Of a DNA stretch of 64,000 bases, positions 1 to 9,347 are shown piece by piece. The notes under the pieces are model-generated. The model did not search any database and had not been told where the DNA came from. It saw only the letters and a program-made list of their open reading frames with translations. The stretch is from contig JBMNIF010000001.1 of NCBI GenBank assembly GCA_050950765.1, positions 288,001 through 352,000 of the forward strand. The letters are read 5' to 3'. This DNA is from Bdellovibrionota bacterium (GTDB lineage: Bacteria; Bdellovibrionota_C; UBA2361; JAAYZI01). Each line of letters opens with the position of its first letter. Position 1 is the first letter of the stretch. Position numbers and translations under genes: made by a program.

Positions 1-1255
1 GAGTTTTGCCTGCCGCTCGGCAGATGCGTAAGTCACTTAATAAAGCGTGCACGTTGCCGCTATTTATAAAAACAATTTTTTCAGGGTGCCTTTCCCAAGT
101 AAAATCCGTATTAACGTTACGGGGCTCAGCAAAAACATCTATATCTAAAAGTCGTGCTTGTGGTGCAAGGCGTGATACCGATTTCTTTACATACAATTCA
201 ATTCTATAAAGCTCTTCAGAGTTACTCGGAATGGTTCGAAGCAACACCCTAATAACGCGAGATGATTGCGCCATAACTTTCGGAAGACGTGGCGAAACAA
301 CCACCTCACTTGTCTCATAAAGATCTTCTGCGGTTGAGCTCTCGGAGATGGAAGATTTTAAAATCTTTGCGGAGATAAAAATATCTTCATCAGAGGTGTT
401 GTTTATCGTTAAATCCTGAATCGGACGATCGCTTGATTTAAAGGTAAGCTCTGTTTTATCTACGGTTATGCCAGAAATAGGAATGATAAGATCCTTTTTA
501 TTAACAAAAGGTGTTGGTGTTGGTGTAAAAATAAATTCTTCTTCAACTGCAATTTTTAGAGTGGGGGTGGCTCTTACGAATTTAGTAACTTGCGGCGCAA
601 CACTATCGCGCGGCGTTAAAGTTTCTGCACTGCGGGGAGTGGTGCTGGGTGTTGGAGAAAACGTTCTTTCAAGTTTTACCTCTTTCGTAGGGGTAGGTTT
701 TAGAGTCGTTACCTCCTTTGTAACGGTAGGTGTCGGAGTTACTACCTTACTAGGTAGAGGAGATGGTGTTTTAGACGGAATTAAAGTTGTTGTAGGAAGG
801 GGTGTTTCTACCTTTGTCGGTGTTTGCGTAGGTGGATCTTTTATTACAGAAGAGTCCTCAATAAAAACATTGATAGAAGACCCCACCTGCTCAAGACGGT
901 ACGGCAGAGAGGTCTCGCCCGCAAAATCCAATACAAAGCGAGTTTTATCAGGGTGCCTACCGATTCTAACAGATTTAAGAAGACCTTTTAGATCGTAAAA
1001 CTTAACACTTTTAGTAATAACAGCACCGTTTAGATCAATAATTAAACGAGCGGGGTCAGATAAAACAAAGGCGTTCGTTGTGATATCTTTCTCTGTCTTA
1101 ATCTGCAACAGGAGACCGTTCGACACGACCTTTAAATCACACTCAAGGACATCCTCTTTATGAGAAAAAAGAGGTTCTGCTAAAAGGTGAGGTGTCCAAG
1201 TAAAGATCTGTAATAGGATTAAAAGTATCGCAAGACTGCCACAACGTTGAAACAT
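1..1255 (-). CDS. AMIN domain + Pro/Thr-rich linker + PapD-like pilus chaperone domain fusion (3' end runs off window)
   Basis: Manual translation from ATG 1255: signal peptide MFQRCGSLAILLILLQIF, AMIN motifs AFVLSDPARLIIDL and VRIGRHPDKTRFVLDF, TPTP-rich linker, then RPIQDLTINN..VVSPR..RVIRVLLR..NSGNVH resembling the adjacent chaperone. Frame open to base 2; absent from the ORF track because no stop lies in the window. Confidence 0.75.
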   Translation of the reverse strand, partial: MFQRCGSLAILLILLQIFTWTPHLLAEPLFSHKEDVLECDLKVVSNGLLLQIKTEKDITTNAFVLSDPARLIIDLNGAVITKSVKFYDLKGLLKSVRIGRHPDKTRFVLDFAGETSLPYRLEQVGSSINVFIEDSSVIKDPPTQTPTKVETPLPTTTLIPSKTPSPLPSKVVTPTPTVTKEVTTLKPTPTKEVKLERTFSPTPSTTPRSAETLTPRDSVAPQVTKFVRATPTLKIAVEEEFIFTPTPTPFVNKKDLIIPISGITVDKTELTFKSSDRPIQDLTINNTSDEDIFISAKILKSSISESSTAEDLYETSEVVVSPRLPKVMAQSSRVIRVLLRTIPSNSEELYRIELYVKKSVSRLAPQARLLDIDVFAEPRNVNTDFTWERHPEKIVFINSGNVHALLSDLRICRAAGKT

Positions 1256-1401
1256 CCCTCTCTTCCTTTTACTAAATATCTTCATCTGAGATTGAACTCT
1301 CTATATCTTCTGTAAAATATGAAAAACGGCATTACAAAACTACTATCACACAATTAAGCTCGGTACTATCCTATTTAAGGAGGTCTCGTCAAAGAAGAAG
1401 G

Positions 1402-2172
1402 CTATTTAAGGGGAGGGATGACAAGCCTTTCTATGGTGTCATTAAAGTCTTTAGTTATAACAATAGCCTTATCTGCAGGTGCTTTGATTGAGGCTGTCGC
1501 ACCTGCATACATCCTACCGGGGATGTCAGTAATAACAGTACACCCTGCGGTGCTTGATGTTACCGATGCTTCTGAAGGGAGAGTGTCAGGATCGCAAGCG
1601 AGTGGATTTCTGATCCGAACGTTTATATTGCCGTCATTAGTGAATTTTATACTGTCTCCGATCCTCTTCCATTTTAAGCTGGGGCGACGATTAGCAGGCT
1701 CCGCAAAGATTAACATCCCAACACCCGTTAAAACTTTAAGAGAGATGGTGCGACCACTTTTTGTTTGGGATTGTATTTGCTCTTCAGAGGGTGGAACTGA
1801 TTGCGGAACAAAAGAGACTCGATAAACGGCTTCCGTATCTTGCGGCCTCTTGTGTAATAAAATTCGTACGCTGCGCTGCCCTTTCCCCTTTATAGAAAAT
1901 CTTTTGGGCGCAACGATTAAAGATTGCGTGCTGATACGTTGTTCTTCAGGAGTTCCAGGATTTATAACCTCAACAGGTTCAACTAATACGTGCAGCATCT
2001 CATCACTACTGTTTCCTACCGTAACGTTATGAACGGGACGATTCTCCGGTTTAAACGCCATAATTACATCGGTAACGGAGATCTGCGCCGACACAAGGTT
2101 TGGAGATAGTAGTACATATAATAATAGTAGGATGAAGGTATTTAATTGGATGAGTTTATAATTTCTTAGCAT
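1402..2172 (-). CDS. Periplasmic pilus chaperone (PapD/CsuC-like)
   Basis: Signal peptide; LIVAPKRF..QRSVRI, EAVYRVSF and NDGNINVRI chaperone motifs; next to pilin-like genes. Confidence 0.8.
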   Translation of the reverse strand: MLRNYKLIQLNTFILLLLYVLLSPNLVSAQISVTDVIMAFKPENRPVHNVTVGNSSDEMLHVLVEPVEVINPGTPEEQRISTQSLIVAPKRFSIKGKGQRSVRILLHKRPQDTEAVYRVSFVPQSVPPSEEQIQSQTKSGRTISLKVLTGVGMLIFAEPANRRPSLKWKRIGDSIKFTNDGNINVRIRNPLACDPDTLPSEASVTSSTAGCTVITDIPGRMYAGATASIKAPADKAIVITKDFNDTIERLVIPPLK

Positions 2173-2186
2173 ATCTCTTATCTGTT

Positions 2187-2762
2187 TCAGTTAGGTTCTA
2201 CGATTATTGATATATTCCCCGAATAGCTTCCGTGTACCGCTGAAAGTAAAGCAGATTCAGAGATGGCGATCTCAAAATAAGCGTTTTTAGTGCCACTACA
2301 ATTATAATCAATACAGGTATACGACGTGCTCTGATTATACTTGGTGGTGTTCGCACTTAGTTGTTCCTTTCCGCTACTAGTGGCGGAGTCGTTCCAATAA
2401 GTTGTATAAGCTAGTGTATGTGAGCCGTTAGCAAGGGTAAAGGCATAACCCGAACCACTCCCTTGTACAATAACATTGTAAAAATAGGAATCGCTACAAA
2501 CACATAACGTCATATTATCTGAGACATCTCCGAGTCCTGTAAAGTTCGTAAACGTCAGATCACTTAAACCGGAAACAGCAACATCTGCTTCAGTTGAGGT
2601 TATTACGGAGGTTATTACGAGAAAAATAAATAAGAAAAAGGATAGAGTGCTTAAGAAGATTCGCTTCTTGCGGGGAGTGGCTGATGGATAAAAAGGTAAT
2701 AGTTTGGCTATGTTGTGTAGTTGTGCCAAAAATATATGTTTAATAGTCGCTGGGCTTAACAT
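2187..2762 (-). CDS. Csu/spore-coat-U-like pilin subunit (start uncertain)
   Basis: Hydrophobic N-terminus, cysteines, LAYTTYWND, C-terminal GSYSGNISIIVEP beta-strand typical of chaperone-usher pilins. Confidence 0.65.
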   Translation of the reverse strand: MLSPATIKHIFLAQLHNIAKLLPFYPSATPRKKRIFLSTLSFFLFIFLVITSVITSTEADVAVSGLSDLTFTNFTGLGDVSDNMTLCVCSDSYFYNVIVQGSGSGYAFTLANGSHTLAYTTYWNDSATSSGKEQLSANTTKYNQSTSYTCIDYNCSGTKNAYFEIAISESALLSAVHGSYSGNISIIVEPN

Positions 2763-3017
2763 TAAAAACCGCTGCTTTTAATATGATGTTTTATAAAAAA
2801 CCAACACTAGATAGGATCGTATTATGCACTTAACCATTTGTTTTAACAAGGGGATTTTATTGCCTCTAAAAATATTAAGAATTTTTGTGAAAAAAAATCT
2901 TTTGGCATTAAGTTTTATTTCACCCCTGACGAACCTCAGATCCAGAACAAACAAGAAGGTTTGGTTTCATACTGTTTTGAGATCAAACTTCACTACACTT
3001 TTTAAGAGGGAAATAAA

Positions 3018-3590
3018 ATGAAGAAATATATATCAATATTAGCAACGCTTGCGTTGCTGTGTGGCACGACGACGGCTTTTGCCGCAACTGATGGTACTAT
3101 TGGGACAGCCTCTTCAACAGGAACTGCAGGTCTGACGCTAGAGATCCCTAAATTAATTCAGATTACAGGTATGAAAGATATTTCCTTAGCATATGTCGCA
3201 GGTCAGGAAGATAAAACAGATAATAAAGATATCTGCATCTATGCTAATTTGGATGCGGGTCAAGATGAGACATATACTGTAACAGGTACAGGGAACTGGA
3301 GCTTAGACGGTACTGGCGGTACGGATTTCTATTTAAAAAGAACTACAGGTACAGTTGATACGATCGCTTATAGCGTTAGTTATAACGATGCATCTGGAAC
3401 GATAGGTGCTCAGGCGTTAACAGCAGGAACAGCTTTAACTGGACAAACAGGTTTTTCTAATACGGTTAATGAACTGTGCTCTGCTAATCAAAATGCTAAT
3501 TATAGTATCACTATTACAAAGGCTAATATTTTAGCAGCGTTACACGGTACATATACTGGCACGCTGACATTAGTAGTAGCACCTGAATAA
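3018..3590 (+). CDS. Csu/spore-coat-U-like major pilin
   Basis: Signal peptide ending AFA, Cys pair, T/G-rich, C-terminal GTYTGTLTLVVAPE; paralogous to 2187..2762. Confidence 0.7.
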   Translation: MKKYISILATLALLCGTTTAFAATDGTIGTASSTGTAGLTLEIPKLIQITGMKDISLAYVAGQEDKTDNKDICIYANLDAGQDETYTVTGTGNWSLDGTGGTDFYLKRTTGTVDTIAYSVSYNDASGTIGAQALTAGTALTGQTGFSNTVNELCSANQNANYSITITKANILAALHGTYTGTLTLVVAPE

Positions 3591-4003
3591 TAAAGAGGTG
3601 TTGAACTTAACAGAGCCTTGTGAGGATACACTTTTAAAAAGTTAACTCTGGAGCTTTGTAAGGACTTTTATAAAAGGATGAGTAAGCCTTTTAAAAAACA
3701 CTCAAGTTGTGACCTAACGCATGAAGTCATCTTCGTTAAAGTAAGTGACGTTTTAAGGTGTTGATTTTTGTGGATAGGTCAGGCGTAGGTAAACCTCAGT
3801 AGTAGTGAATACTTGTTGAAAACGACGCGAGACATCTTGTTAAGATGGAATCTGCCGATAAGACAGAGCTCCACTTTTGATAAGATGTTTCGCGTTTTTT
3901 AGTTTTTGCTGGTGTTCTCTATATCAATTAAATGTAAGTAACAACGAGTTCGGCGATACCCCTTTTTCGTTTATAACTTGCTATAATATCTGGAGGTATT
4001 ATA

Positions 4004-5293
4004 GTGGCGCGTATGGGGATTTTAACGGAAAAAGCAAAAAAATATATTTCGCCGGTCTTAGGTAAATATTTTTCAGACCTTGAGATTGTAAAAGGGCAAG
4101 GCGTTTATGTCTTTGATCCTGACGGGAAACGGTATTTGGATTTTGCGGCAGGTATCGGTGTAGTCAGTACGGGTCACTGCCACCCTAAAGTAGTAGAGGC
4201 GATTGTAAAGCAGACACATGAGTTGATTCATATCATGGGTGGAATCGCTTATTCTCCACCGTACGTTAATTTAGCAGAGCTATTGGTTAGCATATCCCCC
4301 TTTAAAGAAGCCTCTGTGGTTCTTACACAGAGTGGTTCCGAAGCTATTGAAGCCTGTTTAAAGCTTGCTAAGTATGTTTCAAATAAGAGGAAGGTAGTAG
4401 CGTTCTCACACGCCTTTCATGGTAGAACCTTAGGTGCAACCGCTGTCACCTATAAGGAAAAATATAAGCACGGCTATGAAGATTGGCTCTTAGAGGTCGT
4501 GCGTGCGCCGTATCCTTACTATTTTCATAATAAAGACCTCTCCTTTCAAGAGTATGAAACGGAGATCATCAATCAGGTAAGGGATATTATCTGTCAAGAT
4601 TCCGAGATCGGTGCTGTGATTATTGAGCCCGTTTTGGGAGAGGGTGGGTACGTACCTGCGCCACAACGATTTTTAATAGAGTTAAGAAGAATTACGGAAG
4701 AACATAACGTGCTGCTAATCTTTGATGAGGTGCAGTCCGGTATGGGACGTACTGGGAAATGGTTTGCGTCTGAACATTACGGAGTTGTGCCGGATATTAT
4801 AGCGCTTGCCAAAGGGATAGCTTCGGGTATGCCACTCGGTGCCTGTATCGCCAAAAAAGAGATTATGGATAAGTGGTCACGTGCAGCGCATGGCGGCACT
4901 TATATCGGTAATCCCGTAACTTGTGCTGCCGCTCTGGCAACGATAGATGTGATAAAAAGGGAGAAATTGCTGGAGAACTCCGCCGAAGTCGGAGATTATT
5001 TAAAAGAAGAGTTGCAAAAGGTCTTTGCAGGTTTCCCTCAGGTTGGGGATATCCGTGGGCTTGGGCTTATGATAGGTATCGAGTTCGTTAATCCTACTAC
5101 GGGAGAAGGCGATCCTGTTATTGTTTCCAAGATTAGGAATATCGCCCTTTCAAAAGGCTTGATTTTAATCAGTTGTGGTGACAGTGATCAGATCATTCGG
5201 TTAATACCGCCATTGATAATTAACCGTTTTCAAGTAGATGAAGGGGTTAAAATTTTGCTGGAATCAGTGCAGGAAGCTATTCGAGAGGTGTAG
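4004..5293 (+). CDS. Class III PLP aminotransferase (GabT/ArgD-like)
   Basis: YLDFAAGI..GHCHP, SGSEAIE, FHGRT, LIFDEVQSGMGRTG, LAKGIASG; GGAGG SD before GTG. Confidence 0.92.
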   Translation: MARMGILTEKAKKYISPVLGKYFSDLEIVKGQGVYVFDPDGKRYLDFAAGIGVVSTGHCHPKVVEAIVKQTHELIHIMGGIAYSPPYVNLAELLVSISPFKEASVVLTQSGSEAIEACLKLAKYVSNKRKVVAFSHAFHGRTLGATAVTYKEKYKHGYEDWLLEVVRAPYPYYFHNKDLSFQEYETEIINQVRDIICQDSEIGAVIIEPVLGEGGYVPAPQRFLIELRRITEEHNVLLIFDEVQSGMGRTGKWFASEHYGVVPDIIALAKGIASGMPLGACIAKKEIMDKWSRAAHGGTYIGNPVTCAAALATIDVIKREKLLENSAEVGDYLKEELQKVFAGFPQVGDIRGLGLMIGIEFVNPTTGEGDPVIVSKIRNIALSKGLILISCGDSDQIIRLIPPLIINRFQVDEGVKILLESVQEAIREV

Positions 5294-5471
5294 TTTTATG
5301 CCTAGTTCTGCCCCTTGAAACATCATGCAAAGGTTGTGATACTTTTAGGAGGTGTTGAGGAGGTGAAATTTTTTCTATAATCTGTTACTTCCTTGAAGGA
5401 TCCTTACCGTGAAAAGAGGTTGAAGAAAACGATACTCTCTTTTATGCGCGATCTTATTTAGCGGAATACTC

Positions 5472-6572
5472 ATGGCAGATATAATAGTTACTTTACTGAT
5501 TAGTATTTTTGTTCTTCAGACAGTGCTTGTTTTAGCCTGTATTTGTACTTGGATTGAGAGAAAAGGCTCTGCCATGTTGCAAGACAGAATAGGATCGAAC
5601 AGGTCTGGCACCCGTCTTTCTGTAAAAAAGTGGTGGTTAAAGCCGCTGGTGTTTGTAATAAAGATCCTCGGTATCTTCGGCGTTGTTAATACCCTCTTCT
5701 GTGATCCTATTAAGGCGTTCTTTAAAGAGGACTTCGTCCCTGAGAGCGGCTCTAAATTTTTACACACCATTGCGCCTTTTGTGGCGGTCTTACCGGCGTT
5801 TCTAGCGTTTGCGGTTGTGCCGCTAGCTCCTGAGTTTGTTCTACCCTTCTATGATAAACCGATCCTTGTGCAGGTGGCACGTTTAGATGTCGGCGCACTT
5901 TTAATAATCGCTATGGGTGGCTTCGCTACTTACGGTGTGATGTTGGCGGGTTGGGCATCTAATAATAAGTTCTCTTTATTGGGGGGAATTCGTGCCGCTT
6001 CGCAACTCTTTTCTTATGAGTTGACGTTGGGAGTTTCTTTAATCACGATGGTAGTGATCTACGGAACTCTCGATATCTACACGATGGTGGAAAAGCAGGG
6101 AGAGTTTTTGCAGTGGGGGGTGTTTAAAGCACCACTTGCCTGTTTGATTTTATTTATTGTTGGAATAGCAGAGACAAAGCGCGCACCTTTTGATCTTCCT
6201 GAAGCAGAGTCTGAATTAGTTGCCGGTTATTTAACGGAGTACTCCGGCATGAAGTTTCTCCTTTTTTGGATCGGAGAGTTCGCAGAGATCGGGCTTATCT
6301 CGTTAATAATGTCGCTCCTCTTTTTTGGTGGATGGAACTTTCCGTTTTTAAGTAGTATCGGAATTGATTTTAGTAGTGGGATCTGGTGGCAAGCTCTGAT
6401 AGGACATCTGATCTTATTCTTTAAAGTAGTTTTCTTTTGTACATTGCAGATCGTTATTCGTTGGACTTTGCCCCGCTTCAGGTTTGATCACTTGCTGGAA
6501 CTGGGGTGGAAAGTTCTTTTACCGTTAAGTATCGTGAATTTGCTAGTAACGGCGGCTTTTATAATATGGTGA
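5472..6572 (+). CDS. nuoH: NADH-quinone oxidoreductase subunit H
   Basis: ERK..MLQDRIG, GWASNNKFSLLGGIR, RAPFDLPEAESELVAG, PRFRFD. Confidence 0.96.
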   Translation: MADIIVTLLISIFVLQTVLVLACICTWIERKGSAMLQDRIGSNRSGTRLSVKKWWLKPLVFVIKILGIFGVVNTLFCDPIKAFFKEDFVPESGSKFLHTIAPFVAVLPAFLAFAVVPLAPEFVLPFYDKPILVQVARLDVGALLIIAMGGFATYGVMLAGWASNNKFSLLGGIRAASQLFSYELTLGVSLITMVVIYGTLDIYTMVEKQGEFLQWGVFKAPLACLILFIVGIAETKRAPFDLPEAESELVAGYLTEYSGMKFLLFWIGEFAEIGLISLIMSLLFFGGWNFPFLSSIGIDFSSGIWWQALIGHLILFFKVVFFCTLQIVIRWTLPRFRFDHLLELGWKVLLPLSIVNLLVTAAFIIW

Positions 6573-6590
6573 GATTGTGAAGGGGAAGAT

Positions 6591-7151
6591 ATGCAAGAGA
6601 TAATGTTTTGGATCTTGGCAACGTTAATGATTGCAACTTCACTGGGTGTCGTTTTGGCAAAAAACCCTGTTTATAGCGCTCTTAGTTTGGTTTTTACCTT
6701 GATTGGAACTGCTGCTATCTTTGCTATGCTTGGAGCACACTTCTTAGCCGTTGCGCAACTTATTATTTATGCCGGTTCTATCGTCGTGCTCTTTCTTTTT
6801 GTTCTGATGTTGCTTGATATTAAACAGGAACGCTTCGCTTTTAAGGATGCTCTCTTTTTGTTGTTGGCGGTATTTCTCGCTGGAGATTTAGCAGTGATGG
6901 TTTTGCCGTATATAAATGAATCTTTCAAAGGAAAGTTTATCACGCACGGTTTGGAAGGCACAGTCTCTACAATCGGGAATGCTATCTTTTCTTTGCAAAG
7001 CACGACGGGGAGTGAGCATTTTAATAGATGGCTTTTTGCCTTTGAAGCCTCGGCGCTTTTATTGATAGTGGCGATGGTGGCAGGTGTAATGCTTGCTAAA
7101 AAGCCTGAAAATGGATTCGTTTTAAGATCAAAAAAAGCGGAGGATCTGTAA
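6591..7151 (+). CDS. nuoJ: NADH-quinone oxidoreductase subunit J
   Basis: NPVYSAL, QLIIYAGSIVVLFLFVLML, FEASALLL. Confidence 0.95.
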   Translation: MQEIMFWILATLMIATSLGVVLAKNPVYSALSLVFTLIGTAAIFAMLGAHFLAVAQLIIYAGSIVVLFLFVLMLLDIKQERFAFKDALFLLLAVFLAGDLAVMVLPYINESFKGKFITHGLEGTVSTIGNAIFSLQSTTGSEHFNRWLFAFEASALLLIVAMVAGVMLAKKPENGFVLRSKKAEDL

Positions 7152-7152
7152 T

Positions 7153-7467
7153 ATGCTACCATTAAACGCTTATCTTGGACTTTCTATCGTTATGTTTTTA
7201 ATCGGTGCCGTTGGCTTCGTGGTACGTAAAAATGCCATAGTGGTTTTTATGTGTATAGAGTTGATGTTGAATGCAGCAGGGATCGCGTTTGTAGCGTTTG
7301 GGGCAGGACTCGGAAAAGATGTGGCAGCTTTAGATGGACAGATAGCGACGCTCTTTATTATGTTGGTAGCAGCAGCTGAGGCTGCTGTTGGATTGGCTGT
7401 TATTATCGCTATGTTCCGCGTGAATAAAGGTGTTGAAACTGATGCTATGGCGGAGATGAAGAGATAA
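7153..7467 (+). CDS. nuoK: NADH-quinone oxidoreductase subunit K
   Basis: IELMLNAA, VAAAEAAVGLA. Confidence 0.96.
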   Translation: MLPLNAYLGLSIVMFLIGAVGFVVRKNAIVVFMCIELMLNAAGIAFVAFGAGLGKDVAALDGQIATLFIMLVAAAEAAVGLAVIIAMFRVNKGVETDAMAEMKR

Positions 7468-9332
7468 TGAATACGCAGCGAATCTTAAATGAATCTATCT
7501 TTCTTTTGTTGTGGTTGCCTTTACTTGGTGCGATAGCCTCTTTCGCAGTGGGGAAGATTAAGCCTAGTTTAGCAGGTTGGGTAGCGTCTGTAACAGCAGT
7601 AGCGTGCGCAGCGCTTGCTTTTGCTCTCTCCTCTGATCTGCAGAAATTTGGAGGAGATGCTTTTTTTGAGCAAACCCTTTTTACTTGGTTGCAGATTGGA
7701 AAAATTAACCTCCCGTTTGTTTTACGTTTCGATCACTTAACTGCTGTTATGACGGCGGTTGTGACAGGGGTGGGGAGTTTGATCCATTTTTACGCCATCT
7801 CTTATATGAAGGATGATGCCAGTAGAGGACGTTTTTTTGCGTACATGAATCTTTTTATGTTCTTTATGCTTCTTCTGGTGCTGGGCGGAAGTTTGCCGTT
7901 AGTTTTTATAGGATGGGAAGGGGTAGGGCTCTGTTCGTATTTACTGATCGGTTTCTGGTTTCAAAACGATGATTTTGCCGCCGCTGGGAAAAAGGCTTTT
8001 ATTGTAAATCGGATCGGCGATGCAGGTTTTCTTTTAGCGATGTTCTCATTGTTGCAGTATGCGGGGACACTCGATTTTTTAGAACTACAACAAATTGATC
8101 TGACAAAGTTGCCGTTAATGGTGATTGCGTTTGCTCTGTTTGCTGCGGCGGTAGGAAAGTCCGCACAGATTCCGCTTTTTGTATGGCTACCTGATGCTAT
8201 GGCTGGGCCGACTCCTGTTTCAGCTTTAATTCATGCCGCTACTATGGTTACAGCAGGCGTATACCTTTTAGTTAGAACAAATTTCATCTTCTCAGCGGTG
8301 CCGACTGTACAAGGTGTAATTCTCGGTGTGGGAGTAGCTACGGCTTTCTTTGCTGCAACTGTTGCTATGATGCAGAACGATATAAAAAAAGTTTTGGCAT
8401 ATTCAACTATAAGTCAACTTGGCTTTATGTTTGTAGCTATTGCGGCGGGTGCCTACCAAGTGGCGATCTTTCACGTTGTAACACACTCCTTTTTTAAAGC
8501 GTGCTTATTTCTTTGCGCCGGATCGATTATTATAGCATGTCAGCACGATCAAGATATGCGTAAAATGGGTGGTCTGCTTAAAAAAATGCCGCTCACGTTT
8601 TTAGCTTATCTAGCTTCGACTTTCGCTATTTCAGGGATCTTTCCCTTTGCTGGTTACTACTCAAAGCATGCGATTATTGAAGCAGCTGGGGCGAGTTATG
8701 GAGATGTCATCTTGCTCTTATTAACGATCACCTCTCTTTTAACTGCATTTTATATGATGCGAACCGTTGTGTTGATTTTTTTCGGTAAATATAGAGGAGC
8801 GTCAGATCCGAAAGAGGCACCGCCTTTAATGTTGTTGCCTGTTTTGATTTTAGGTGCATTGGCAACTTGCGGCGGATATCTATTGTTTAAGAGGTTGCCT
8901 GAATACCTTTCTTTCGTAGTGCCGGATGTTTCAGAAGTGCCTGCTCATCTCGATCCTCTGGCAGCTACATTTAATTCGTGGACAGGCTATGTGGGTATCG
9001 CTCTCGCCGGAATCTTATATCTTTATTTTCCTAAAGTTGCAGGAGTTGTAACGAAAGCGTTGCAACCTCTTAGCACTTTAGTCGCTAATAAATATTATGT
9101 AGATGAGATTTATGATCTCTTAATCGTTAAGCCGTTAAAAAAGATCTGCAACTTCTTAAGGGGTGTTGATAAGTTTTTTATTGATGGTGTTGTTGAAGGG
9201 AGCGCACGACTTGTGATGTTTTCAGGAGAGGCGTTGAGCTTTTTGCAGTGTGGAAATCTTCGCTTTTATGCTCTTTTATTGTTCTGCGGAGTTGTGGCTG
9301 CGCTGAGTTTTGTGTTGGGATGGATTTTTTAA
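7467..9332 (+). CDS. nuoL: NADH-quinone oxidoreductase subunit L
   Basis: GWEGVGLCSYLLIGFW, KSAQIPLFVWLPDAMAGPTPVSALIHAATMV. Confidence 0.97.
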   Translation: MNTQRILNESIFLLLWLPLLGAIASFAVGKIKPSLAGWVASVTAVACAALAFALSSDLQKFGGDAFFEQTLFTWLQIGKINLPFVLRFDHLTAVMTAVVTGVGSLIHFYAISYMKDDASRGRFFAYMNLFMFFMLLLVLGGSLPLVFIGWEGVGLCSYLLIGFWFQNDDFAAAGKKAFIVNRIGDAGFLLAMFSLLQYAGTLDFLELQQIDLTKLPLMVIAFALFAAAVGKSAQIPLFVWLPDAMAGPTPVSALIHAATMVTAGVYLLVRTNFIFSAVPTVQGVILGVGVATAFFAATVAMMQNDIKKVLAYSTISQLGFMFVAIAAGAYQVAIFHVVTHSFFKACLFLCAGSIIIACQHDQDMRKMGGLLKKMPLTFLAYLASTFAISGIFPFAGYYSKHAIIEAAGASYGDVILLLLTITSLLTAFYMMRTVVLIFFGKYRGASDPKEAPPLMLLPVLILGALATCGGYLLFKRLPEYLSFVVPDVSEVPAHLDPLAATFNSWTGYVGIALAGILYLYFPKVAGVVTKALQPLSTLVANKYYVDEIYDLLIVKPLKKICNFLRGVDKFFIDGVVEGSARLVMFSGEALSFLQCGNLRFYALLLFCGVVAALSFVLGWIF

Positions 9333-9347
9333 TTTTAAGGGGATGAT

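Noticed and set aside
6..998. Plus-strand ORFs 6-209 and 468-998
   Set aside because: Antisense shadows of the minus-strand AMIN-chaperone gene
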